DNA of 64,000 bases, from NCBI GenBank assembly GCA_963704825.1, contig CAVPHV010000017.1, forward strand, positions 102,325 to 166,324. The letters run 5' to 3'. Source of the stretch: an uncultured Acidimicrobiia bacterium. Its GTDB lineage: Bacteria > Actinomycetota > Acidimicrobiia > Spongiisociales > UBA5794. Position numbers and translations under genes: made by a program. Under the pieces are notes generated by a model. It was not told the DNA's origin. It saw only the letters and a program-made list of their open reading frames with translations, and did no database searches. This document shows positions 9,955-18,221 of the stretch, one piece after another; the stretch's first letter is position 1, and each line of letters starts with the position of its first letter.

Positions 9955-10036
9955 ACTCCTACCCCCGACGCGATGTAGCTGCCGTCGACCAATCCTCGTG
10001 CGGTGCGAAGCATGGCCGCCGTTGCTCCCACTCTAA

Positions 10037-10912
10037 TTGCGGAGGGGACTAGTTGGAGTGGGAGTTTTGGGGGCGCGCCGGAGGTCTAGTCTCGGCGGTG
10101 TGACGTTCTATCTGCTCACCAATGACGACGGGGTGGAGTCTCCTGCGCTTGTACCGTTTGCCCGGACATTGCGTCGCCTCGGGCGGGTCGAGGTGGTGGT
10201 GCCGGACCGAGAGCGAAGCTGGATCGGCAAGGCCATCACTCGTCACGACGAGATTCGGGTCGAGGTGGTCGAACGTGATGGGGTGCGCATCCACACCGCG
10301 ACCGGTTACCCGGCCGACTGCACCCAACTCGGGGTACATCTGCTCTTCGATGAGACGCCTGCCATGGTGGTTTCCGGGATCAACATCGGGTACAACCACG
10401 GGGCTGGATTCCTCCTGTCGAGTGGCACCGTCGGGGCGGCCATCGAGGGGTGGATCAGCGGGGTGCCGGCCATGGCGTTCTCCGCAGGAACCCGCGGGGA
10501 CTGGGACTACTGGAGTCACTTCGTGTGGACGGAAGACGCCACCGAGATGTGGAACCGTCTCGCCGGTCTTGCCACCGACATCATCGAATCGGTCATTGCC
10601 GCCGGTGGTGCCGCCGGGGCTGATGTGCTCAGCGTGAATCTTCCCGGCGACGCCGACACCACCACCCCGCGTCGGGTCACCTCGGTGGCGCGGGTGGGGT
10701 ACGACCACCTGTTTCGGCAGGTCGGCGATGGTGTCTTCAGTCACAGTTTTGGCGGTGGGTTTCGGCACATGGGTGGCCTCGTCGGCACAGATATCGAGGC
10801 GGCGGAGGATGGCATCATCTCCATCACGCCGATCCTCGTTCCCCAAGCCGGCACAATGACCCCGGACTTCGTCGCAATGTTGGAGCGCGGTGGTCGGGCC
10901 CCCGGCAGCTGA
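10037..10912 (+). CDS. surE: 5'/3'-nucleotidase SurE
   Basis: LLTNDDG motif plus conserved GINIGYNHG and SGTVGAA segments. The likely true start is GTG at 10100 (VTFYLLTNDDG). Confidence 0.85.
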   Translation: MRRGLVGVGVLGARRRSSLGGVTFYLLTNDDGVESPALVPFARTLRRLGRVEVVVPDRERSWIGKAITRHDEIRVEVVERDGVRIHTATGYPADCTQLGVHLLFDETPAMVVSGINIGYNHGAGFLLSSGTVGAAIEGWISGVPAMAFSAGTRGDWDYWSHFVWTEDATEMWNRLAGLATDIIESVIAAGGAAGADVLSVNLPGDADTTTPRRVTSVARVGYDHLFRQVGDGVFSHSFGGGFRHMGGLVGTDIEAAEDGIISITPILVPQAGTMTPDFVAMLERGGRAPGS

Positions 10913-10932
10913 GGCTCGTGCACCTGAGGGGG

Positions 10933-11021
10933 TGTTGAACAAGCGCCGTGCGGGATTGCGCCGTCGAGCAAGCGCCTGGTCTTGGACTTCGCGGCAAGCC
11001 CAAGCTGGCGTTGTTCAACAC
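10933..11021. terminator. Long imperfect inverted repeat between convergent surE and the downstream minus-strand gene (bidirectional terminator candidate)
   Basis: GTGTTGAACAAGCGCC at 10933-10948 pairs with GGCGTTGTTCAACAC at 11007-11021 (15/16) around a ~58-nt loop. Confidence 0.4.
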
Positions 11022-11023
11022 CT

Positions 11024-11776
11024 CTATGGGATGGTGGGGAGAAGTGCCCGAATCCGCTCGAGTACGCCGTCGAGAGTCACCACGGTGAAGCGGAAGGTTG
11101 GCGTCTCCGCCGGTTCGGTGGCCACCACCCAATAGCCGAGGTGTCCGGCGTCGAGCACTCGAAGTTCGGCGTCATGGTGAGAGTGGTCGATCTCGGTCCA
11201 CAGACTCGAAACACACCACGTGCGAAGCCGCGACCGATGGGCGAGCACCAGGCGCTTCGCCCAGTGGGCCTCGACGCCGGCGTCGGCGATGATTGCGGTG
11301 GCCGCGGCCGGATCGGTCATCCAGAGGTCCTCGGCGATCTCGATCGTTTCAACCGGGACGATGACCGAGCCATTGAAGCTGGGGTCGGGACGGGCGACGA
11401 TCTTGGTGAGCTGGGCGAGGTGGAACGGGAGGAGGACGGGTTCGATCGAGAAGAGTGCGAAGGCGTCATGGTCGCTCGGTTGGCCGAGGACGGCCTTTCC
11501 GTTGTGGTGCCAGATGGTTGCGATCTCGGTGTGCTCTTCCGTCACCTCGGTGGACACAACGGTGGTTGGTCCGGTCACGACCGAGAGCAGGTCGGCCGCC
11601 AGCGGGTGCAGGATGCCGCCACGGCTGATTCCGGCCCGCTCCAGCTCGGAGATCGCTCGAGTAATGGTCGGGTCTGCGTCGGTGGCGCCCCCGGTTCGCA
11701 GCAACATCGCCACCGGAACCAGGCGGCGGGGCAAGGTGAGGGCGCGTCGCCCGGCGTCGAGTATCGGCTGGGTCAC
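11024..11776 (-). CDS. Hypothetical cytoplasmic protein, third gene of the LysM/membrane-protein operon divergent from the esx-eccC operon
   Basis: ~250 aa, no TM helices. Probable GTG start at 11776 overlaps the upstream stop (GTGA coupling). EspG-like chaperone role considered but not supportable from sequence alone. Confidence 0.5.
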   Translation of the reverse strand: MTQPILDAGRRALTLPRRLVPVAMLLRTGGATDADPTITRAISELERAGISRGGILHPLAADLLSVVTGPTTVVSTEVTEEHTEIATIWHHNGKAVLGQPSDHDAFALFSIEPVLLPFHLAQLTKIVARPDPSFNGSVIVPVETIEIAEDLWMTDPAAATAIIADAGVEAHWAKRLVLAHRSRLRTWCVSSLWTEIDHSHHDAELRVLDAGHLGYWVVATEPAETPTFRFTVVTLDGVLERIRALLPTIP

Positions 11777-12708
11777 TGAGTGGCAGATCCGTGTGAGGCC
11801 GGAGGGCCGGGGAGGATGTCGGCCACTTCCCATTCGCCCCCGTTGCTGGAGAGCTCCAGTGTGTAGGCCACGACATGGACGATTCCGTTTGGCGTGGTTG
11901 CGTTGACGACGGTGCTCACGTAGGTCCGGCCATCGACAACACCTGTCGCCAGCTCAGACAGGGCAACCGCCTGATAGGGGAACGGCTCGATTGCCCGGAT
12001 GTCGCTGCCTGCGACGGTGTAACGCGACAGACGGTGCGACCCAACGAGCATGGCGTCGAGGAACTCTGCGGTGAACTCGGCCAGCTCGGCGTCGACCTCG
12101 TCTGCGAGGGGCGGGATAGGCGGCGGCGTCGGGGCGGGCGGCCCAGCAACTCGTGCCGGGATCTCGGTCACGATGAGCCGCCCATCGACCTTCATGACTC
12201 CGACTTGGTAGTGCTCGATCCCTGCCGAGACGTATCCGTTCTCGGTACGCTCCATGACCTCGGTGGCCACGGTCACATCCCAGTAGGCGCCGCCGAGCGT
12301 CCGGATCTCGATAGTGGCTGCTCGAGTCACATACCGATCGAGTGGTGACATCGCCGCCATCGTCGCCTGGGGTGCCATGAAGGTCTCAACGGACTGGCCG
12401 TTGGTCCCGCCTCCCGTCAGATAGGTCGCGATGAAGAGTTCGGCGAACCCGTCGACGCCGGAGGGCGGAGCAGGGGGTGCCGACACGGTGGCGCTCTGCG
12501 CTGCTCGGGATGCCCACAGCCCCGCCGCGGCGGCGAGCAGAGCGCCGATGGCGAGCGCGACGATGAGACCCCTGGTAGGTCTGCCCGCACGGTGTCTTGG
12601 GTACGGCGGGGCCGGTTCGATTTCCGCTTCGGTTGAGGGCTGAGTCTCCGCCCCGAAATAGTCCTCGATGTCGGTGACGGGTCTCCCAAAATCGAAGTGC
12701 GTGGTCAT
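11773..12708 (-). CDS. Single-pass membrane protein with a ~35-aa cytoplasmic N-terminus, one TM helix and a ~250-aa extracytoplasmic domain
   Basis: ATG at 12708 with GAGGA SD. It overlaps the LysM gene stop (ATGA). TM segment GLIVALAIGALLAAAAGLWA followed by a Pro-rich stretch and a globular domain. Confidence 0.6.
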   Translation of the reverse strand: MTTHFDFGRPVTDIEDYFGAETQPSTEAEIEPAPPYPRHRAGRPTRGLIVALAIGALLAAAAGLWASRAAQSATVSAPPAPPSGVDGFAELFIATYLTGGGTNGQSVETFMAPQATMAAMSPLDRYVTRAATIEIRTLGGAYWDVTVATEVMERTENGYVSAGIEHYQVGVMKVDGRLIVTEIPARVAGPPAPTPPPIPPLADEVDAELAEFTAEFLDAMLVGSHRLSRYTVAGSDIRAIEPFPYQAVALSELATGVVDGRTYVSTVVNATTPNGIVHVVAYTLELSSNGGEWEVADILPGPPASHGSATQ

Positions 12709-13487
12709 GGCTGTTCCTCGGCAACGGCGGGCAACACAACGATCTCGCCGGGATAGATGAGGTCGGGGTCGCTCGAGCGGATGACGTCTTGGTTGGCGAC
12801 GACAACGCGGTGCCAGTACTCGCCGACATCGGGCAGTTGGGCCCCCGAGGCCGCGAAGGTACCGAGGTGTTGTTCGGCAATAGTCCACAGGTTGTCGCCG
12901 GGGGCCACGGTCCACTGCGCCGGCTCGGTGATCACCATGGAGGTGGGCGCCGCAGTTGCCGGGCTGGGCACTCCTGCTGGGGTGGGGGTCCATCCGACTC
13001 GGGTGGCTCCCTGTGGCAAGGTCTCGGCCGGCTCGGGGTCTTCGCTGCCGACAAACGGCGGAATGGGGAGGCCGTCCTCGCCGATTCCTACGACGATCGG
13101 AGAGGGTCCGTCGGTGGCGATGGCGGACATGGCCGGTCCGGCGACGGTCGCGGCGACGATGGTCAGTGCCGCCGTGCCGTCAACGACCCTGCGCACCGCC
13201 GGGAGCGTTGCCCACTCGATCGCCCGTGCCGCGCCCGGAATCCTGGCCAACCGGGCCAGGGCGTAGAGCGCCGTTGAGATCGCAAGCCAGTAGGCAAGAG
13301 CCAGCGCGACGATCCGGAGTAGTGCCGGCAGCGACTCGTCGGCGGGAGTCTGCTGGAGCCAGTTTCCCAGCTGACGCCATGGAATCTGGAGCCACTCAAC
13401 CTCTCCGATGGCGTGTAGGGCCACGAGCGCGCCGGCCTCGAAGACGATCAGCGTGGCCGCCCGGACCCCTCTCGATTCTCGTTCCAT
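12705..13487 (-). CDS. Membrane-anchored LysM domain (peptidoglycan-binding) protein
   Basis: 2-3 N-terminal TM helices, a Pro-rich linker and a C-terminal LysM (WTVAPGDNLWTIAEQHLG...IYPGEIVVLP). Start ATG at 13487 (MERESRG); an upstream alternative TTG start exists at 13523. Confidence 0.65.
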   Translation of the reverse strand: MERESRGVRAATLIVFEAGALVALHAIGEVEWLQIPWRQLGNWLQQTPADESLPALLRIVALALAYWLAISTALYALARLARIPGAARAIEWATLPAVRRVVDGTAALTIVAATVAGPAMSAIATDGPSPIVVGIGEDGLPIPPFVGSEDPEPAETLPQGATRVGWTPTPAGVPSPATAAPTSMVITEPAQWTVAPGDNLWTIAEQHLGTFAASGAQLPDVGEYWHRVVVANQDVIRSSDPDLIYPGEIVVLPAVAEEQP

Positions 13488-13489
13488 TG

Positions 13490-13580
13490 AGTCATCATAT
13501 GCATTGCTAAATGTGTTTGTCAATAGTCAACAATCGTTATACTATATTGACAATTGTTAAATACCTTACATAATCTTCAA
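13490..13580. promoter_or_regulatory. AT-rich (~30% GC) divergent promoter island between the LysM operon and the WXG100-EccC operon
   Basis: Plus-strand promoter: -35 TTGACA at 13547-13552, 17-nt spacer, -10 CATAAT/ATAATC at ~13569-13575. Minus-strand promoter: -35 TTGACA (complement of 13516-13521), 17-nt spacer, -10 ATATGA (13493-13498) for a near-leaderless LysM gene. Near-palindromes TTGTCAATAGTCAACAA and TTGACAATTGTTAA overlap the -35 boxes. Confidence 0.55.
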
Positions 13581-13643
13581 CTATGACCAAGTCGACCGGC
13601 CCTGCGGTCGGTCGACTCGAGCAAGGAAGGAAGGACCAGCACA

Positions 13644-13916
13644 ATGGCGAATATGTTTGGGGCGGATCTGTCGGATCTCGCGGCCCTGCGGGGGACGTTT
13701 GAGACAAAGGCGGGCGAGGTCCAGGCGCTGACCGGAGAACTGTCGGCAAAGGTGGACCCGGCCGCAACGGCGTGGCAGGGGCCGGGCGCCGACAACTTCC
13801 GGGCGGCATGGAACGGCGACTTCAAGCCGGCACTCACCAAGCTCGAGACGGCCCTCGAGGAAGCCGCAGTTGCCGTCGGCAAGTACCGCGAGAACATCGA
13901 GGCGGCTACCCGGTAA
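13644..13916 (+). CDS. WXG100 family type VII secretion target (EsxA/EsxB-like), 90 aa
   Basis: Helical hairpin with central WQGPGADNF (WxG) motif. Size ~90 aa. SD GGAAGGAAGGA upstream. Confidence 0.85.
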   Translation: MANMFGADLSDLAALRGTFETKAGEVQALTGELSAKVDPAATAWQGPGADNFRAAWNGDFKPALTKLETALEEAAVAVGKYRENIEAATR

Positions 13917-13946
13917 CCCTGAGTCTCGAGATCGGGAGGGGAAACC

Positions 13947-14309
13947 GTGACCCCGCACCAGCTCCGGCAATTGGCCGACCGCAATCGGGCGGAGGCGGAC
14001 GCACTGACGGCGTCCGCCGCCCGACTGCGGACGACTGCCGAGTCGTTCCGCGATCTGCTGGAGGGGATTCCCGACCAATCCCGCCGGGTCTGGCAGGGAC
14101 CGGCCGCGACCGACTTCGAGGACAAGGCGCAGGCCGCAGACCGTGATCTCCGCCAACAGGCTCAGGTTCTGTTGAGCACCGCGAGCGACTTCGATCGGGA
14201 GGCGGCAGATCTCAGGGCAGCGGCCCGCGGGCTCGAGGTGCGAGCTGCTGCTGAGGAGGCGGCGACCGTTCCGGGTGAATCGGGTCCGCCTCCAACCGGC
14301 GTGTGGTGA
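13947..14309 (+). CDS. WXG100 family protein, 120 aa, second Esx-like gene
   Basis: Central WQGPAATDFE (WxG) motif. Paired with the upstream WXG100 gene and immediately followed by eccC. Confidence 0.8.
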   Translation: MTPHQLRQLADRNRAEADALTASAARLRTTAESFRDLLEGIPDQSRRVWQGPAATDFEDKAQAADRDLRQQAQVLLSTASDFDREAADLRAAARGLEVRAAAEEAATVPGESGPPPTGVW

Positions 14310-17300
14310 GTGATGCAGATCGTTGTGCACCGCGCCGGAGCCGAGTTCGAGGTGGTACTCGCCGTCGGCGACGAATCGGCCTCACTCGGCGAGATCGTGG
14401 CCGGGTGGTTCGAGGATGCCCCGGCGGCATTTGTCATCGACGGTGTGGTGCGATCGGGAGATACTCCCCTCGCAGCAAGTGGTCTGAGATCTGGATCAGT
14501 GCTCATTCCGCTGGCAGCAGCAGGCCCTATCCCCGAACTGACGGAGGGTGGGCTGGGCGCGGTCGGGCGGCCGTCCTCCTCCTCTCGCATTCCCTTCAAC
14601 CGCCCGCCGCGGCCAGAGTATCCGGTGTCGCTGCCGGCCATCGAGGTGCCGGCCGCACCGCCGGTGGCCAAAGCCTCGACCCGTTTTGGCTGGGGAGCGC
14701 TGGTCGTTCCGCTGATACTCGGACTGGTCATGGCGGTGTTCTTTCACCCCCGGATGGCGCTGTTCGCTCTCTTCAGCCCGGCCATGATGCTGGCCAACTG
14801 GATGGAAGACCGCAGGCGCAGCCGGCGCGAGCGCAGGAGCAGCCAAGCCGACCTCGATCGCAGTCTCGCCGGATTCGGGGACCGGCTCGACGACCTCGCC
14901 ACCGCCGCCGCCCGACTCAAACGCCGCGAGGTGCCGCATCCCGATGGGCTGATTGCATCTCTTGTCGCCGGGAGTCTGCGGATGTGGGAGCGTCGGGTCC
15001 ATCACCCCGACGCCATGGTGCTCGGAATTGGCAGCGGCGACGTCGCGTGGAGCCCGGCCCTGATCACCCCACCTGGGGGCGCCGCGGAGGAGGCGCTGGC
15101 ATTGCTGGCGACGCGCCGCGAGTTGCGCGGGGTTCCGGTCGAAGTCGAGTTGCGGCCCGGTGAGGTGACGGGACTGGTCGGCGATCGCCGCCGCGCCCTT
15201 GGCATGGCACGCTCGCTCCTGATTCAGGCTGCGATCCTCCACGGTCCGGCTGATCTCGAGCTCACGGTGGTCACCGACGCTCCGGATGTGTGGGATTGGA
15301 TCAAGTGGCTGCCTCACGCCGACCTCGACCCGGTGGCTGGGCTGCGCCGGCTCGGAGCCGACCGTGAGGACGTCGGCCCGGTCGTTACCGCCCTGTTGGA
15401 GTCGATTGAGCGGGATCCCGGAGGCAGCGGGCCGATGCGATTGCTCGTCGCCGATGTTGTGGATGTTGCCGCCGAAAGGTGGCAGCGGGTGCGAGAGGGG
15501 CTGAGCGCCGCGGCTCGGGGCAAGGCCGCCGCCATCGCGATTGCCCGCTCGATGAGCGAGTTGCCGTCGGTGTGTACTTCGATTGTTGCGGTTGGTGCCG
15601 GCGGGCCAGCACAGCTGCGGGCTCCCGCAGAGAATCGAAACGTCGGCGGGATTGCGCCGTGGGTCGTTGCTGCGGCGACGGCGCGCCGTGCGGCACGGGC
15701 GCTCGCCGGGTTTCGGGATCCCGATGTTGTCGCCGGTGCAGCAGAGCTTCCCCACCAGGTTCGTCTGCCTGATCTTCTTGGAATCTCCGATCCAACGCCG
15801 GACGCCATCCTGCGCCGCTGGCAGGCCGCAGGCGCCGCCCCGCGCCCGGCGGCCCCCATCGGCATGACCGCCGACGGTCCGCTTCTTGTCGACTTTGTGT
15901 CGGATGGACCCCACGCTCTGTTGGCCGGGACCACCGGCGCCGGTAAGTCCGAGCTGCTGCGCACGTTGGTCGCCTCCCTGGCGGCAACGAACGACCCCGA
16001 CCACCTCACCTTCGTGCTGATCGACTACAAGGGAGGGAGCGCCTTCGACGTCTGCGCCGACCTGCCCCACACCGTTGGTCTGGTAACGGATCTCGATGGG
16101 CACCTGGCGTCGCGGGCGCTCACCTGCCTGGAAGCCGAACTGCGCTACCGCGAGCAGCGTTTGCGCGCTGCGGGGGCATCTGATCTTGCCGCGTACTTGG
16201 CGGGTGGCGAGCCGGAGCCGCTGCCCCGGCTGCTGGTTGTCATCGACGAGTTCGCTGCCCTGGCCAAGGAACTGCCGGCGTTCATGGCGTCCCTCGTCGA
16301 CATCGCCCAGCGCGGCCGCAGCCTTGGGGTGCACCTCTTGCTCGCCACCCAACGGCCCGGGGGTGTGATCAGCGACAGCATCCGCGCCAACACCAACCTG
16401 CGGATGGCGCTGCGAGTCCAGGATGGGTCCGACTCGACCGACGTCCTGGGCATCCCGGACGCGGCAACGATTGGTCGGATGCAGCCGGGCCGTGGCCTGG
16501 TGCGGCGCGGACCCGGTGATGTGGTGCCGTTCCAGACGGCGCTGGTCACTACACCAAGGGGCGATGGCGCGGCAACCGCAGCTGCGGTGCGGCCGTTTGT
16601 CTTCGGCTACGAGCAGCCTGCGGCGGCAGGCACCGACCGCACCGAAACCGGTCCGACCGACCTGGGGGCGCTGGTCGACGCGGTGACTGGGGCGACCGCC
16701 ACCCTCGGGCTCGAGCCACCGCGTCGACCGTGGCCGGACCCGCTCGAAACCAACGTGGCCGCCAAGCTTCTCGACGCGACCCCGCCCGATCAGGTGCGCG
16801 GCGCGCGGATCGCGGTGCCGCTCGGGCTCGCCGACGAGCCCACCCACCAGCGGCAGCGGACCGCGTGGTGGTCAAGTGAGGATGGCAATCTGCTCCTGTA
16901 CGGCGTGCCTGGTTCGGGAACGACGACTGCTCTGGCGACCATCGCGCTTGGGGTGGCGGGACGCCACTCGCCGGACGATGTGCACGTGTACGTCATGGAC
17001 TTCGACGACCAGCGCTTGGCCCCATTGGCCGGTCTCCCCCACGTCGGGGCGGTGGTCGGGGCAGGGGAGCGAGAGCGTCAGCTGCGCCTCCTGCGGTTTC
17101 TCCAGGCCGAGGTGGAGGAGCGCCGGGTGGCGGTGGCGGCCGATCCGGCAGTCCTCGGGGAATTGCCCGCCCTGCTGGTGCTGGTGGACAATTACGCCGG
17201 TCTGGCGGCGGCCTTCGACGAGCCGGCCGACATGGCGGTGCGGACCATTCTCCCCCGGGTCGCGGCTGATGGCCCCGGCGTCGCCATCCATGTCGTGGCC

Positions 17301-18221
17301 ACGGCAAAACAGCCCATCGACATACCCGCCCAGCTGGGTTCTCTGGTCCCCGCCAAGCTGGCCTTTCGCCTCACCGATCGCTACGAGTACGGCGGGCTCG
17401 GCATCCCCATCGAAGAGGTGCCAAGGATCCCGGGACGCGCTCACCAATCGGGGACGGGGCAGGAGATCCAGATCGCTCGAGCCCATCCCGGTGGTGTCGC
17501 CGCGGCCGTAGACGCGCATGCCGACCAGGCAGTGGCGCGGCCACCGCATCGCATCGAGGTACTCCCCACCGAAGTCAAGGTGCCCGACATCGTCGATGCG
17601 GCGCGCGTCTTCGACCTCGAGTGGTCCCTGCCGATCGGGATCGGAGATCACGACCTCAGCCCGGTGGGGTTCGTGCTCGGCGAGGGAGATCACGTTGTGG
17701 TCGCCGGGCCGCCACGGTCGGGCAAGTCGACGGCGCTGATGACCATGGCTGCGATCGTGGCGAGCCACCGGCCCGACGTGATCATCACCGCGGTGGCTCT
17801 GCGGCGCTCTCCATTGCGAGACTGCCCGCAGGTGACGCGGCTCGTCACGGATCCTGAGCAGCTCGAGGATGCCCTTGGTTCGGTGCCCAACGGCGATGGG
17901 TCGCCCCATCTCGTGCTGGTCGATGACGCCGGGATGGTCGACGACGAGGGCGGCTGGCTATCCGCAATGGTCGCTTGCCGTCGGCCCGGGGTGCATCTGG
18001 TGGCGGCCGACCAGGCGGACACGCTGCGGGCCGCCTACGGGCATTGGACCAAGGATGTGCGACGTTCCCGTCTCGGACTCGCCCTCAAGCCGAACGCAGG
18101 CTCCGACGGGGATCTATGGCTAACGCCACTGCCGCGTCGAGGTCCGCCTCACTTCCCTCCCGGGCGGGGCTACCTGTTGGCGGATGGCCGCTGTGAGCTG
18201 GTGCAGACGGCATGGCAGTGA
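14310..18221 (+). CDS. eccC: EccC-like type VII secretion FtsK/SpoIIIE family ATPase with three P-loop NTPase domains
   Basis: 1303 aa. N-terminal soluble domain then two TM helices (~aa 125-165). Three Walker A sites: LLAGTTGAGKSE, LLLYGVPGSGTTT (degenerate) and VVVAGPPRSGKST. Start directly abuts the second WXG100 gene. Confidence 0.9.
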   Translation: MMQIVVHRAGAEFEVVLAVGDESASLGEIVAGWFEDAPAAFVIDGVVRSGDTPLAASGLRSGSVLIPLAAAGPIPELTEGGLGAVGRPSSSSRIPFNRPPRPEYPVSLPAIEVPAAPPVAKASTRFGWGALVVPLILGLVMAVFFHPRMALFALFSPAMMLANWMEDRRRSRRERRSSQADLDRSLAGFGDRLDDLATAAARLKRREVPHPDGLIASLVAGSLRMWERRVHHPDAMVLGIGSGDVAWSPALITPPGGAAEEALALLATRRELRGVPVEVELRPGEVTGLVGDRRRALGMARSLLIQAAILHGPADLELTVVTDAPDVWDWIKWLPHADLDPVAGLRRLGADREDVGPVVTALLESIERDPGGSGPMRLLVADVVDVAAERWQRVREGLSAAARGKAAAIAIARSMSELPSVCTSIVAVGAGGPAQLRAPAENRNVGGIAPWVVAAATARRAARALAGFRDPDVVAGAAELPHQVRLPDLLGISDPTPDAILRRWQAAGAAPRPAAPIGMTADGPLLVDFVSDGPHALLAGTTGAGKSELLRTLVASLAATNDPDHLTFVLIDYKGGSAFDVCADLPHTVGLVTDLDGHLASRALTCLEAELRYREQRLRAAGASDLAAYLAGGEPEPLPRLLVVIDEFAALAKELPAFMASLVDIAQRGRSLGVHLLLATQRPGGVISDSIRANTNLRMALRVQDGSDSTDVLGIPDAATIGRMQPGRGLVRRGPGDVVPFQTALVTTPRGDGAATAAAVRPFVFGYEQPAAAGTDRTETGPTDLGALVDAVTGATATLGLEPPRRPWPDPLETNVAAKLLDATPPDQVRGARIAVPLGLADEPTHQRQRTAWWSSEDGNLLLYGVPGSGTTTALATIALGVAGRHSPDDVHVYVMDFDDQRLAPLAGLPHVGAVVGAGERERQLRLLRFLQAEVEERRVAVAADPAVLGELPALLVLVDNYAGLAAAFDEPADMAVRTILPRVAADGPGVAIHVVATAKQPIDIPAQLGSLVPAKLAFRLTDRYEYGGLGIPIEEVPRIPGRAHQSGTGQEIQIARAHPGGVAAAVDAHADQAVARPPHRIEVLPTEVKVPDIVDAARVFDLEWSLPIGIGDHDLSPVGFVLGEGDHVVVAGPPRSGKSTALMTMAAIVASHRPDVIITAVALRRSPLRDCPQVTRLVTDPEQLEDALGSVPNGDGSPHLVLVDDAGMVDDEGGWLSAMVACRRPGVHLVAADQADTLRAAYGHWTKDVRRSRLGLALKPNAGSDGDLWLTPLPRRGPPHFPPGRGYLLADGRCELVQTAWQ

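Noticed and set aside
8203-9978. 591-aa plus-strand ORF antisense to the secreted propeller/Ig-like protein
   Set aside because: No motifs and extreme Gly/Arg/Val composition. The opposite strand encodes a signal-peptide protein with clear domain repeats.
11024-11776. Assignment of the third operon gene as an EspG chaperone
   Set aside because: Size and soluble character fit, but I cannot point to diagnostic EspG motifs and no PE/PPE-like substrates are present. Left as hypothetical.
14496-16847. 783-aa minus-strand ORF antisense to eccC
   Set aside because: Lies entirely inside the well-supported EccC reading frame. The product is Arg/Gly/Pro-rich low-complexity sequence typical of high-GC antisense frames.
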